A stretch of 64,000 nt of DNA from NCBI GenBank assembly GCA_016432625.1, contig CP066697.1:151113-215112 (forward strand), in the 5' to 3' direction. The notes beneath the pieces are model-generated. The model was given only the letters and a program-made list of their open reading frames with translations. It was not told the origin of the DNA and did no database searches. Origin of the DNA: Candidatus Berkelbacteria bacterium. Lineage in GTDB: Bacteria; Patescibacteriota; UBA1384; 2-12-FULL-50-11. This document shows, one piece after another, positions 9,426-18,307 of the stretch. The position numbers were made by a program, and so were the translations under genes. Numbering within the stretch: position 1 is the first letter of the stretch; each line of letters starts with the position of its first letter.

Positions 9426-9427
9426 TG

Positions 9428-9500
9428 AGCGGTAGACCGGTCTCGAACCGGCGACCTTATCCTTGGCAAGGATACGCTCTACCAACTGAGCTACTACCGC
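9428..9500 (-). tRNA. tRNA-Gly (anticodon GCC)
   Basis: Acceptor GCGGTAG/CTACCGC, anticodon stem TATCC/GGATA with loop TTGCCAA, T-arm GCCGGTTCGAGACCGGT. Confidence 0.85.
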
Positions 9501-9582
9501 AAAACTGTTGTAATTTTACCGATTCCGCCAGTAAAGAGCAATTGGCTTGCCCGCTTCCAACAGAAGCGGTAAAGTTTTGGCG

Positions 9583-9906
9583 ATGAGCAAGAAGTCGAAA
9601 CGTAACATTAAGGCTCTACTTGCCAAACGTGCGCAGCTCGAAGAGCTTAATCGCGGCAAGACGAATCTTGTTAGTATCCCTGGTGCGCCGAAATTAGCTC
9701 GACCCGAGGCACCGACTCCGGTGGCCCGGGAACTAAATCGACCGGAACTCCCCGAATACGCTCCGGGCAAGGGAATCTGGCGAACGCTAATTGGCACGGC
9801 AATTATTGCCGTAATTCTTGTTGCTGTTGTCGTTCTAGATAACTCGCGTCATTTCCTGGCGCCATTCGGCGACACACTTTACAACGCCTTGCGCTTGAAC
9901 GACTAA
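9583..9906 (+). CDS. Small basic membrane protein
   Basis: The ATG at 9583 gives MSKKSKRNIK... with one TM helix (LIGTAIIAVILVAVVVL). The track start at 9547 is a TTG. Confidence 0.5.
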   Translation: MSKKSKRNIKALLAKRAQLEELNRGKTNLVSIPGAPKLARPEAPTPVARELNRPELPEYAPGKGIWRTLIGTAIIAVILVAVVVLDNSRHFLAPFGDTLYNALRLND

Positions 9907-10022
9907 TTTATGGCGTTGAGCGTTCTAACGGCGGTATAAACCACGGTCGCGATTGCTGCCATTACTAACAAAACCAAGAAAATCTCGACGATGATTTTGA
10001 TTGGGCCTCCTCCGCGTTCCAT
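9903..10022 (-). CDS. Possible 39-aa membrane peptide downstream of comM
   Basis: MERGGGPIKIIVEIFLVLLVMAAIATVVYTAVRTLNAIN. The ATG is 13 nt after the comM stop. Below the ORF-track size cutoff and no clear SD. Confidence 0.3.
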   Translation of the reverse strand: MERGGGPIKIIVEIFLVLLVMAAIATVVYTAVRTLNAIN

Positions 10023-10035
10023 TGCTTAATTCTAG

Positions 10036-11556
10036 CTACGTGGCGCTAAAGAAGCGATACTGCAGCGCTTCGGCGACGTCCCCCGTCTTAATAGCCTCCC
10101 GGTCGTCAAGGTCGGCAATTGTTCGAGCAACTTTGAGCAATTTATGGTAGCTGCGTCCTGTAATTACGAACTTTACTGCCGCCTTTTCTAGCAAATCCTG
10201 CGCCGCTTGGTCGATCTGACAGATTTTAGCGACGTTCGCGCCAGGGATGTTAGCATTCAGACGACCGGCATTACGTTCCAGCTGACGCGTTCTTGCTCGT
10301 CCGACTTTGGTTCGCGATGTTTTTAGTTCCGCTGTATCACGCTTTGGTGATCGCAGATCGCCGAGCGGCACGGCTTCAACTGCCAAAAACAGGTCGATCC
10401 GGTCTAGGATCGGACCACTAATTTTCTTGCGGTATTGGGAGATTTGATAAGGCGAGCATTGACAATCCCTTTGGGCCGAGTTTAACCAGCCACAAGGGCA
10501 GGGGTTCATGGTTGCGACTAGCATGAACGAAGCCGGGTAACGGATAGTCTGGGCGATTCGCGAGACGTGAACTTCACCGTCCTCCAGCGGCTGCCGCAGC
10601 GCCTCAATGACGTTACGAGGGAATTCTGGCAATTCATCCAAAAATAGAACGCCGCGGTGCGATAAGGAAATTTCGCCTGGTCTTGGGTTACTACCGCCAC
10701 CAACGATGGAGATATGGCTGGCGGAGTGATGCGGCGAACGAAACGGTCGCGATAAACTGTCTAGGGCACGATTCGTCTTCAGCTCGCCGGAGACGCTATA
10801 TAGTTTAACAACCTCGATCATTTCGTCCCTGTCCATTGGCGGCAACAGGGCTCTTAAGCCTCGGGCAACTAGAGTTTTGCCGGCGCCAGGCGGCCCCTCG
10901 AGCAGTAAGTTATGGCCGCCGGCAGCAGCGATTAGTGCCGCTCGTTTGGCTTTCTCCTGACCTTGGATTTGCAACCAGTCGTCATCAAGAATCTCCGACT
11001 GCTCCGGCTCCTCATTTGCTGCCTCTTCTTGCGGACTAAATTCACCGTTAATCCAGCCAATAACTTGCGAGAAGTTTTCTAAGCCGACCAAACTTATTCC
11101 CTCGACCAAGCTGCCTTCGCCAAGATTTGCTCTTGGCATAACAACTGCTTCGTAGCCGTGCTTTTTGGCCCATTCTACAAAAATTAACGTGCCGTGAATT
11201 GCTTGTAGTTGACCGTCCAAAGACAGTCCGGCGACAAACAGCGTTTTTGTCAGTCTTGGATTGGTTTTCAGCTGGTTGTCGGCGAGCAGAACGCCGAGCG
11301 CGATCGGTAAGTCAAAATGAACGCCGGATTTTTTGCGCTCCGAAGGCGCTAGGTGCACCGTAATGCGCGATAACGGAAAAGTAAAACCGGAATGTTTCAG
11401 CGCCGAGCGGACTCGCTCGCGTGATTCCTCGACGGCTTTGTCTGCTAATCCGACGACGATAAAGCCTGGCAAGCCGCTCGATACGTCAACTTCAACTTTA
11501 ACTTCTGAGGCGGCAATACCTTCGGCGGCTACAGAGCCAAGCTTCGCCAGAGCCAT
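10036..11556 (-). CDS. comM: YifB/ComM family Mg-chelatase-like AAA+ ATPase
   Basis: Walker A GPPGAGKT, Walker B VLFLDELPEF, C-terminal ChlI-like region. The start is set at MALAKLGS (11556), which removes the overlap with the upstream gene. Confidence 0.85.
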   Translation of the reverse strand: MALAKLGSVAAEGIAASEVKVEVDVSSGLPGFIVVGLADKAVEESRERVRSALKHSGFTFPLSRITVHLAPSERKKSGVHFDLPIALGVLLADNQLKTNPRLTKTLFVAGLSLDGQLQAIHGTLIFVEWAKKHGYEAVVMPRANLGEGSLVEGISLVGLENFSQVIGWINGEFSPQEEAANEEPEQSEILDDDWLQIQGQEKAKRAALIAAAGGHNLLLEGPPGAGKTLVARGLRALLPPMDRDEMIEVVKLYSVSGELKTNRALDSLSRPFRSPHHSASHISIVGGGSNPRPGEISLSHRGVLFLDELPEFPRNVIEALRQPLEDGEVHVSRIAQTIRYPASFMLVATMNPCPCGWLNSAQRDCQCSPYQISQYRKKISGPILDRIDLFLAVEAVPLGDLRSPKRDTAELKTSRTKVGRARTRQLERNAGRLNANIPGANVAKICQIDQAAQDLLEKAAVKFVITGRSYHKLLKVARTIADLDDREAIKTGDVAEALQYRFFSAT

Positions 11557-11564
11557 CTTTGTTT

Positions 11565-12209
11565 CTAGGGTCCAAAAATAATCACAAAGAATCCGAAGAG
11601 GCAGATGGCGATAACGCTCCACCCCATAAAGATTATCGGTAGGCGACGGCCAAGAACGGCCAGAACTGTTCCAGCTACATAGGCCGCGGCGATCAAAACC
11701 AGCGTCAAAATATTTGGCCCGCCTGTGGGTAACGGCTCAGCGGCAGCGGCTTGGAAGCCTTCGCTTGATGCGGCAGCGACTGTCAGGATGCCGCCGGCCA
11801 CGGTTAGCATGGCAGCCAAAGCGGCCTGAGATCGTGAGTAAAGACCAAGAGCTGCGGAGCTGCCGTTTTCGGCAAGCCAATTGTTGAACAGCGCTAACTG
11901 GCCGCGGGGGTAGAACGTGCCGCGGCAATCTGGGCAAGTCCACATCTTAAATCCGGTTGGCCCAGCGTCATGTTCGGATTGTTCTAGCAAAGTTTGGTCG
12001 CTAGGACAGAGGAGATTTATGCTCTGCAGCGAGTAATTAGGTTGGGCTTGGTCAATTTCTGAAACCGACGTAGCCGAAAGCCCTTCGTCAGTGCCGGAAT
12101 CAAACCAAACGCCGCCGCACTGTCCGCAACGGCGAGCCCTCCGGATGTCGCCACTTAGACTGCGAATGGAGACGGGCTCGAACTCGCCTTCGCATAACGG
12201 ACACTTCAT
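11565..12209 (-). CDS. Zinc-ribbon membrane protein
   Basis: Two CxxC...CxxC pairs (CPLC...CGQC; CPSD...CPDC), followed by hydrophobic C-terminal helices. Confidence 0.6.
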   Translation of the reverse strand: MKCPLCEGEFEPVSIRSLSGDIRRARRCGQCGGVWFDSGTDEGLSATSVSEIDQAQPNYSLQSINLLCPSDQTLLEQSEHDAGPTGFKMWTCPDCRGTFYPRGQLALFNNWLAENGSSAALGLYSRSQAALAAMLTVAGGILTVAAASSEGFQAAAAEPLPTGGPNILTLVLIAAAYVAGTVLAVLGRRLPIIFMGWSVIAICLFGFFVIIFGP

Positions 12210-12302
12210 TTACCCCTCCCGCGCATATCCACACTGTAGCGTAACTGGGTTGAGTTTCAAGAAGTTTCCAGGTAAAATGCCCAAGTTCGAGGATCCGCAG
12301 CC

Positions 12303-13109
12303 TTATCTCAACAACCGTGGACTCGGGCCCGGCGACTTCGGTCGCCGGTTTTTATAACTCAGCCACTTTTTGACTAATATTTCTGCCTCAACCTCGTTTT
12401 TCACGAATTGGATATCGCCGTGATGACGCCACCAGGTTAACTGTCGTCTAATATAATGTCGGCTAGATTTCTGGAACTCCTCGATGGCAATCTGGCGGTT
12501 CATTTTTTGCCGCAGATAAAAACTCGCGAAACGATAATCAAGGCCAAGCTTTTCCAGCCATTCATGACTTACGCCCTGGCTTAATGTTGTCCGTGTTTCA
12601 TCGAGCAACCCGTCAAAAATTCTCTCAAATCGTTCGTCTGATTTTTGATATAACGTCTCGCGGTCAACATCCGGCTGCAGGATCAACGAGTCGAAGCTAT
12701 TACTTCTCCTTCGTTTCGAGAATCGGCCTGCGCCGGGCTCATAACCTTCAAGCAAGGCCGTAACGTAAAGGCCCGTCCCGCCAACAATTATGGGTAATTT
12801 TTCGTGGCTCCAAATAAGTTTTACCGCGTCCTCGGCCTGTTCCAGCCAATCGTTGAGGGTAAAAGGCGTTTCCGGCTCGACGATGTCAACCAGTAGCTGC
12901 GGCACACCCTCAATGATCCTTGCCGGTTGGTTCTGCCACCTGCCCGGCTCACCTTCTTTATTAGTCCCGACGTCTAATCCTTTATAGACCTGTCGCGAAT
13001 CGGCGCTCAAAATTACGCCGTCAAAAACCTTGGCGAGCCGAACGCCAAGGTTTGTTTTTCCCGACCCCGTCGGCCCAACAACGGCCAGAATTTTGTTTTC
13101 GCTTCTCAT
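12303..13109 (-). CDS. miaA: tRNA dimethylallyltransferase MiaA
   Basis: ILAVVGPTGSGKTNLGVRLA P-loop, SADSRQVYKGLDVGTNK motif. Confidence 0.85.
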   Translation of the reverse strand: MRSENKILAVVGPTGSGKTNLGVRLAKVFDGVILSADSRQVYKGLDVGTNKEGEPGRWQNQPARIIEGVPQLLVDIVEPETPFTLNDWLEQAEDAVKLIWSHEKLPIIVGGTGLYVTALLEGYEPGAGRFSKRRRSNSFDSLILQPDVDRETLYQKSDERFERIFDGLLDETRTTLSQGVSHEWLEKLGLDYRFASFYLRQKMNRQIAIEEFQKSSRHYIRRQLTWWRHHGDIQFVKNEVEAEILVKKWLSYKNRRPKSPGPSPRLLR

Positions 13110-13130
13110 TTTTGATACTTTCGAGTTCGG

Positions 13131-13859
13131 ATGCTACTGCTGAAAACACTCTCAAAAGAATTCTACCAGACGCGCAACACGACATTTCCCGTTATCAAGT
13201 CGTTGAGCCTGACGGTCAAGAAGGGCGAAGTCTACGGCTTCTTGGGGCCGAACGGTGCCGGCAAAACGACAACCGTCAAAATGATCGCCGGCCTACTTTT
13301 TCCCGACAAAGGAAGCGTGACGATTGGCAAATACCCGGCCGGATCAAATGAAGCGGCGCAAATTTTAGGCTTCATGCAGGAAAATCCGCAATTTTACCGC
13401 TACTTGAGAGCGAGCGAAGTGTTAGAGTTTGTCGGGGAACTGTTCGGCCTTGAAAAAGAAGTTATCGCCGCTCGGTCGAATAAACTTTTACAGCAAGTGG
13501 GTTTGGAGAAGTTCGCCGACATCGCGGTACGCAATTTCTCCAAAGGCATGCATCAGCGCCTAGCCTTTGCCGTTGCCTTAATGAACGACCCCGAGCTGTT
13601 GGTTCTTGACGAGCCGCTCGACGGACTTGATCCGCTGGGACGACTAGACTTCAAAAAACTGATGGCTACCTGGAAAAAAGAAGGCCGGACTATATTCTTT
13701 AGCTCTCATATTTTAAGCGACGCCGAGGAGCTTTGTGACAGGGTCGGGATTTTGCAGCACGGTCAGCTTCTGGCCGAAGGCAAGCCTCGCGATCTGATTA
13801 AAGGCCAAGCTAAAACTTTGGAAGAGTACTTTGTCAAAACCGTAAGGCAGAATGCTTAA
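13131..13859 (+). CDS. ABC transporter ATP-binding protein (ABC-2 type)
   Basis: Walker A GPNGAGKTT, signature FSKGMHQRLA, Walker B LLVLDEP. Confidence 0.85.
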   Translation: MLLLKTLSKEFYQTRNTTFPVIKSLSLTVKKGEVYGFLGPNGAGKTTTVKMIAGLLFPDKGSVTIGKYPAGSNEAAQILGFMQENPQFYRYLRASEVLEFVGELFGLEKEVIAARSNKLLQQVGLEKFADIAVRNFSKGMHQRLAFAVALMNDPELLVLDEPLDGLDPLGRLDFKKLMATWKKEGRTIFFSSHILSDAEELCDRVGILQHGQLLAEGKPRDLIKGQAKTLEEYFVKTVRQNA

Positions 13860-14616
13860 AACTATTTTTGCGATTGCTCGAAACACATTCAAGGAAACAA
13901 TCCGCGACCGCGTTTTATATTCGTTAATCGGTTTTGCGGTTATCGTCATCGCCGCGAGTTTACTAGCGGCGTCGGTCTCGTTAGGCCAGGAAACGCGAGT
14001 AATTCAAAGTTTCGGCCTGACAGCGATGCTCGTTTTCCTACTCATAATTACTATTTTTATCGGTACCCAACTCGTCTGGCGGGAGGTCGAACGCAGGACC
14101 ATTTATATGGTGCTGTCGAAACCAGTCAGCCGCGAGGCATTTTACCTGGGCAAGTTCCTTGGCCTCTGCCTGACTATTCTGGTTGTCATGCTAATTATGG
14201 GCGCGGTGTTTGTGGCGCTGGTTGGTTATAAAACTAAAGCTGTCAGCGGCGTTCAAATTGCGGCGATCGTGATGATGATGGTCGAAGCCTGGCTGCTAAC
14301 CGCCGTTGGAATGTTATTTGCGAGTTTCACTTCGCCGCTTGCTAGCGCCGTTTACGCCTTCGCACTGGCGTTAATTGGGCATTCGGCAACCTCAATTTAT
14401 ATCATCGCCGCTAAATCGACTGGCTTTGCCAAATACATGTTAGAAGCGGTCTACTACGCTTTTCCGAATCTTGAAAAATTCAATCTGCGTAACGAAGTGA
14501 TTTTCAACGCGCCGCTAGACTTCAGTTATTTCTGGACGGCAATGCTATATTTTGTCGGCTATACCGCGGCGATGTTGCTACTAGGCATAGCCATCGTGCG
14601 CAAACATGAGTACTAA
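13852..14616 (+). CDS. ABC-2 type transporter permease
   Basis: Polytopic 254-aa protein that overlaps the ATPase gene by 8 nt. Confidence 0.7.
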   Translation: MLKTIFAIARNTFKETIRDRVLYSLIGFAVIVIAASLLAASVSLGQETRVIQSFGLTAMLVFLLIITIFIGTQLVWREVERRTIYMVLSKPVSREAFYLGKFLGLCLTILVVMLIMGAVFVALVGYKTKAVSGVQIAAIVMMMVEAWLLTAVGMLFASFTSPLASAVYAFALALIGHSATSIYIIAAKSTGFAKYMLEAVYYAFPNLEKFNLRNEVIFNAPLDFSYFWTAMLYFVGYTAAMLLLGIAIVRKHEY

Positions 14617-15454
14617 TTTTCTATTTCGCCGCCCAGCGCTACTGGCGCTCGTCTTTCTTGTCGTTGCGTACGCAGCGCAGATTTTTACGGACACACGGCG
14701 GTTTTACTCTAACCAGGGCAAGGTGGCGGTAAGCGCCAACATCTATATCGAACCGCAACCGCTATTCCCAGAAACAGCTAAGCTTGTTAGCTTTGGCGCC
14801 CGGGAATTCTTAGCCGATTGGTACTGGCTGAAGCTCATCCAATACTACGGCGGCGGCGACCCGCAGGGCAAATATCGTAAGCTCGGCGAGATGTTCAATG
14901 TCGTCACGGAATTATCACCGAAGTATTCTGCCGCTTACCAAACTGGCTTATTGGTCTTGCCGGGCGAAGGCTTTATTGATGAAGCGATCAAACTGGGTGA
15001 GAAAGGTCAGAAGAATTTACCAGATAAGTGGGAGATGCCGTACTACACCGGTATCGTTTACCACGTCTATAAAAAAGATTACGTTGCCGCTGCGAAAAAG
15101 TTTGACCAAGCCGCAGCGATCCCGGGAGCGCCGGAAACCACCAAGTTATTCGCGGCGATTTATTACAACAAAGCTGACGAACGACAAACCGCTTATCAGA
15201 TTTTCAAAACTGTTTACGAGACAAGCGACAGTGAATTTGCCAGGGACCGAGCCGAAAAATATGTCGAGCACCTCGACGTGTACTTTTTCCTTGAAGATGC
15301 AACCAAGAATTTCAAACAACGTTTTGGTCGCTACCCGGCAACGCTTGATGAGCTAGTGACTCGCGGCGTGATTAAAGAAATTCCTTCTAGCCCGCTCAGC
15401 GTGCCGTTTACAATCAACCCGGAGAACGGACAGATTAGCGAGTCAAAACGTTGA
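14606..15454 (+). CDS. Membrane-anchored helical-repeat protein, function unknown
   Basis: 282-aa ORF overlapping the permease gene. N-terminal TM helix, then TPR-like helical composition. Confidence 0.5.
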   Translation: MSTNFLFRRPALLALVFLVVAYAAQIFTDTRRFYSNQGKVAVSANIYIEPQPLFPETAKLVSFGAREFLADWYWLKLIQYYGGGDPQGKYRKLGEMFNVVTELSPKYSAAYQTGLLVLPGEGFIDEAIKLGEKGQKNLPDKWEMPYYTGIVYHVYKKDYVAAAKKFDQAAAIPGAPETTKLFAAIYYNKADERQTAYQIFKTVYETSDSEFARDRAEKYVEHLDVYFFLEDATKNFKQRFGRYPATLDELVTRGVIKEIPSSPLSVPFTINPENGQISESKR

Positions 15455-16415
15455 GCTTGGCGCGTAGCGGTGACTTTGCCGCTCGCAGTACAACATCAGC
15501 TAATTTCTCCGCGTCGTGGTAGAGCGGCCGCTGCTCGTCTATTACGTCAGCCAAAATAACTGGCATGCCCTCAATTTCGGTTTTGTCGGTTGTAATATTG
15601 CACACTTGTCCGAGCTTGCCCTCGTTGTTTGATTGGGCAACGACGGTATCATTAACGATCACGCCGTCGAAACGTGTGCCATTGACGTATTCGCGCAAGC
15701 GCCGGACGTGGTCTTCGACGCGATAGTTCTCGGTCTCGCCGCGCTCAGTGGAGGCGTTGCAGACGTAAAGTTTGCTGCCCTTGGCCTTCTCGAAAGCATC
15801 GCGAATCTCCTTAATTAAAAAGTTAGGCACAACGCTGGAGTAAAAACTACCTGGGCCGACAAGAATTAAGTCGGCTTCCTCAAGAGCGCGAACCGCCGCC
15901 GGATTAGCTGTCGCGTCCGGTGGCAGAAGCTGCACCCGTTTGATCGGCGAGCGGTGTCCCAGTACTGAAACGTCAACTTGCCCAAGGGCTGTCTGGCCAT
16001 TTTCAAGCTCGGCCGTTAGATTGACGTTGTCGAAAGTCGAAGGGATAACCTTCCCTTTGACGGCTAAGAATTGACTGGAGGCTTCAACGGCCGACTCAAA
16101 GTCGCCGGTAATATCGGCAAGCGCTAGTAGCAGTAAATTGCCCAAACTGTGCCCAGACAATCCTCGGCCCTGCTTGAAACGGTAAGCGAAAAGTTTGGTC
16201 GCTAGCTCCTCGTCTTTAGCCAGCGCTGTCAGGCAGTTACGGACGTCGCCCGGCGGCAGGATGCCTGTTTCTCGACGAAGACGGCCGCTGGAGCGGCCGT
16301 TGTCGGTCATCGTTACTATGGCGGTAAGTTTAACTGGATAGCTTTTTAAGCCTCGCAGCAAGGTTGCCAAGCCGCTTCCCCCGCCCAAGGCAACAATCTT
16401 CAGATGATCATTCAT
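15435..16415 (-). CDS. yvcK: YvcK/CofD-like (UPF0052) gluconeogenesis-factor family protein
   Basis: IVALGGGSGLATLLRGLK N-terminal motif and PGSFYSSVVPN motif. Confidence 0.8.
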   Translation of the reverse strand: MNDHLKIVALGGGSGLATLLRGLKSYPVKLTAIVTMTDNGRSSGRLRRETGILPPGDVRNCLTALAKDEELATKLFAYRFKQGRGLSGHSLGNLLLLALADITGDFESAVEASSQFLAVKGKVIPSTFDNVNLTAELENGQTALGQVDVSVLGHRSPIKRVQLLPPDATANPAAVRALEEADLILVGPGSFYSSVVPNFLIKEIRDAFEKAKGSKLYVCNASTERGETENYRVEDHVRRLREYVNGTRFDGVIVNDTVVAQSNNEGKLGQVCNITTDKTEIEGMPVILADVIDEQRPLYHDAEKLADVVLRAAKSPLRAKLNVLTR

Positions 16416-16942
16416 GGCAGTAAAGGATAGACGAAATCATTCTTCTCGTCATCTTTACCCCAGGCCTGCACTGTAAAAGACTCCTCCGCGCTAGCGGTTT
16501 GCCGATTAACTGAGCCGTGTACCGTAATCCTAAAAAGGCCGATATCGTGAAAGTCGCTGACTTTAAACCGGTAAGAATACCGGCCTGTCTCGTCGGCGTT
16601 AACTTGTCGGGTCTCCGGGCGCTCGTAATTACCGTTCGAACCAGCGGCGACGATGTTCAACTCGGCGAAAGGCAGCGCGGTAACTGTAACGACTTGGTAC
16701 TGCCCAAGCTTCATTACCTTGCGGGACAACTCAAGCTTCAACTTAAAGTCCTGTCTTGAGGAGTTTCCAGCTTCTGCGAGTACTGTTTGGGCGATGGATA
16801 TCGGTTCTCTCTGGGCAGCCGATTGCTTATTCCAAGCAACCCCGGCACCAGTCAAAACGACAACCGCTCCGGTAAAGACCGTGTTACGGATAGTTTTGAT
16901 TAAGGCTTGAGTCTGTTCCGGGGTTCTACGCGAGCGGGACAT
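16412..16942 (-). CDS. Membrane-anchored hypothetical protein
   Basis: 176-aa ORF with a 4-nt overlap with yvcK. One TM helix near the N-terminus. Confidence 0.5.
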   Translation of the reverse strand: MSRSRRTPEQTQALIKTIRNTVFTGAVVVLTGAGVAWNKQSAAQREPISIAQTVLAEAGNSSRQDFKLKLELSRKVMKLGQYQVVTVTALPFAELNIVAAGSNGNYERPETRQVNADETGRYSYRFKVSDFHDIGLFRITVHGSVNRQTASAEESFTVQAWGKDDEKNDFVYPLLP

Positions 16943-17030
16943 TAAGGGTATTGTAGCAAACCATCGCTCGCGTACGCGGTACGGCTGCTTTTCTGGTTGG
17001 CTAAAATGTGGTTATGCTAAGAAAGCTATC

Positions 17031-18008
17031 ATGACAGATGTTTTAGTTATCGGTTCAGGTATGGCAGGGCTTTCAGCAGCGATTTACGCTGCTCGTTATA
17101 ATTTGGAAACGCTTGTTATTGGTCATGAGTTTGGCGGTGCCACCTCAACTGCTTGGACTATCGAGAACTATCCCGGCTACGTCTCAATCGATGGCTACGA
17201 CCTAATGATGAAGGTTAAAGAGCAGGCAGAAAAGACCGGCGCCAAGATTGTCACGGACCGAGTTATTAAACTCGAAAAGAAGAACGATCACTTCGTGGCT
17301 CAAACTTTTGAGGGCGAAATGTACGAAACTAAAACTATTATTCTTGCCTGTGGCGCGGCGCGAAAAAAAATGGGACTGGCACGTGAAGATGAGTTCGCAC
17401 TCGGAAAAGGCGTCCACTACTGCACTACCTGCGACGGCCCGCTCTACAAAGGCAAAACCGTCGCCGTAATCGGTAGCGGCGATTCGGCGGTCAAGGGTAT
17501 AAAGCTCGCCGTACAGTACGCTGAGAAAATTCACTGGCTAATCCGTGGTGAAGTTATTAAAGCCGAGCCGTTCAATTATGAAAAAGTTAAACACTACTTC
17601 GGCGACAAGATTATTGTTCACTACAACACGTCCATTACCGAGCTTTTGGGCGAGAAACGACTTAACGCCGTCAAGCTTAATACCGGTGAGACCCTAGAGC
17701 TTGATGGCTTGTTCGTTGAGATCGGCGCTCTTCCTGAAGTTGAGCTCGCTCACCACTTAGGCGCGGCGCTCGACGAGTTCGGTTTTATAAAAGTAGACAA
17801 CATGATGGAGACTAACGTTGATGGCATCTACGCTGCCGGCGACGTGACGAACTTTTTCGGCCACTTTAAGCAAGACATTACCGCCGCGGCAATGGGTTCA
17901 GTCGCCGCCACTAGCGCTTTTAAGCATATTCAACACGCCCCAACAGTCCAGGAGGCGAAAGCCACGCCCGCCGAGCAGCCATCAACGGTTAGTAATTTGA
18001 ATAAGTAG
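17031..18008 (+). CDS. trxB: Thioredoxin-disulfide reductase
   Basis: VIGSGMAGLSAAIYAAR FAD motif, redox-active CTTCDG, VIGSGDSAV NADPH motif. Confidence 0.9.
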   Translation: MTDVLVIGSGMAGLSAAIYAARYNLETLVIGHEFGGATSTAWTIENYPGYVSIDGYDLMMKVKEQAEKTGAKIVTDRVIKLEKKNDHFVAQTFEGEMYETKTIILACGAARKKMGLAREDEFALGKGVHYCTTCDGPLYKGKTVAVIGSGDSAVKGIKLAVQYAEKIHWLIRGEVIKAEPFNYEKVKHYFGDKIIVHYNTSITELLGEKRLNAVKLNTGETLELDGLFVEIGALPEVELAHHLGAALDEFGFIKVDNMMETNVDGIYAAGDVTNFFGHFKQDITAAAMGSVAATSAFKHIQHAPTVQEAKATPAEQPSTVSNLNK

Positions 18009-18054
18009 TGGGTCGGGTGGGGATTTCCTCCGCTGCGCTCCGGTATCCCCACCC
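18008..18054 (-). repeat. tRNA-Lys 3'-end copy 1 (short form) abutting the trxB stop codon
   Basis: GTGGGTCGGGTGGGGAT (18008-18024) is identical to the tRNA-Lys 3' end read on the plus strand. It pairs with ATCCCCACCC at 18045-18054 around a 20-nt CGCT-rich loop. Confidence 0.75.
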
Positions 18055-18065
18055 TCTTGGCCAAG

Positions 18066-18090
18066 TGCAAAAACCGCCCATGAGGGCGGT
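18066..18090 (-). terminator. Rho-independent terminator (minus strand)
   Basis: ACCGCCC-tcat-GGGCGGT followed by TTTTT when read on the minus strand. Confidence 0.6.
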
Positions 18091-18100
18091 CTCTGCATTG

Positions 18101-18196
18101 GTGGGTCGGGTGGGGATCTCGCGCCTTCGGCGCTTGAAAGCTCCTTCGCTCACGCTCTGTCGCTATCGAACCCACTTCGTGCGTTCTCTCCCCACC
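18101..18196 (-). repeat. tRNA-Lys 3'-end copy 2: pseudo-tRNA 3' fragment with a roughly 48-nt structured insert in the T-loop
   Basis: Minus-strand reading is GTGGGTTCGAT[AGCGACAGAGCGTGAGCGAAGGAGCTTTCAAGCGCCGAAGGCGCGAG]ATCCCCACCCGACCCAC. Removing the bracketed part restores the T-arm and acceptor 3' strand of the neighbouring tRNA-Lys. Confidence 0.75.
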
Positions 18197-18203
18197 ACAA
18201 ACG

Positions 18204-18224
18204 AAAAAGCTGCCAAATGGCAGC
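18204..18224 (-). terminator. Rho-independent terminator directly after tRNA-Lys
   Basis: GCTGCCA-tt-TGGCAGC followed by TTTTT on the minus strand. Confidence 0.6.
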
Positions 18225-18235
18225 GCTTCCGTTTG

Positions 18236-18307
18236 TGGGTCGGGTGGGGATCGAACCCACGACACACGGCTTAAAAGGCCGTTGTTCTACCACTGAACTA
18301 CCGACCC
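18236..18307 (-). tRNA. tRNA-Lys (anticodon TTT)
   Basis: Acceptor GGGTCGG/CCGACCC, anticodon stem ACGGC/GCCGT with loop CTTTTAA, T-arm GTGGGTTCGATCCCCAC. Confidence 0.9.

Noticed and set aside
18008-18252. Possibility that the three 17-18 nt repeats form a mini CRISPR array
   Set aside because: There are only three copies with unequal spacing (93 and 134 nt). The repeat is the tRNA-Lys 3' end itself, the spacers contain terminators, and no cas genes are in the window.
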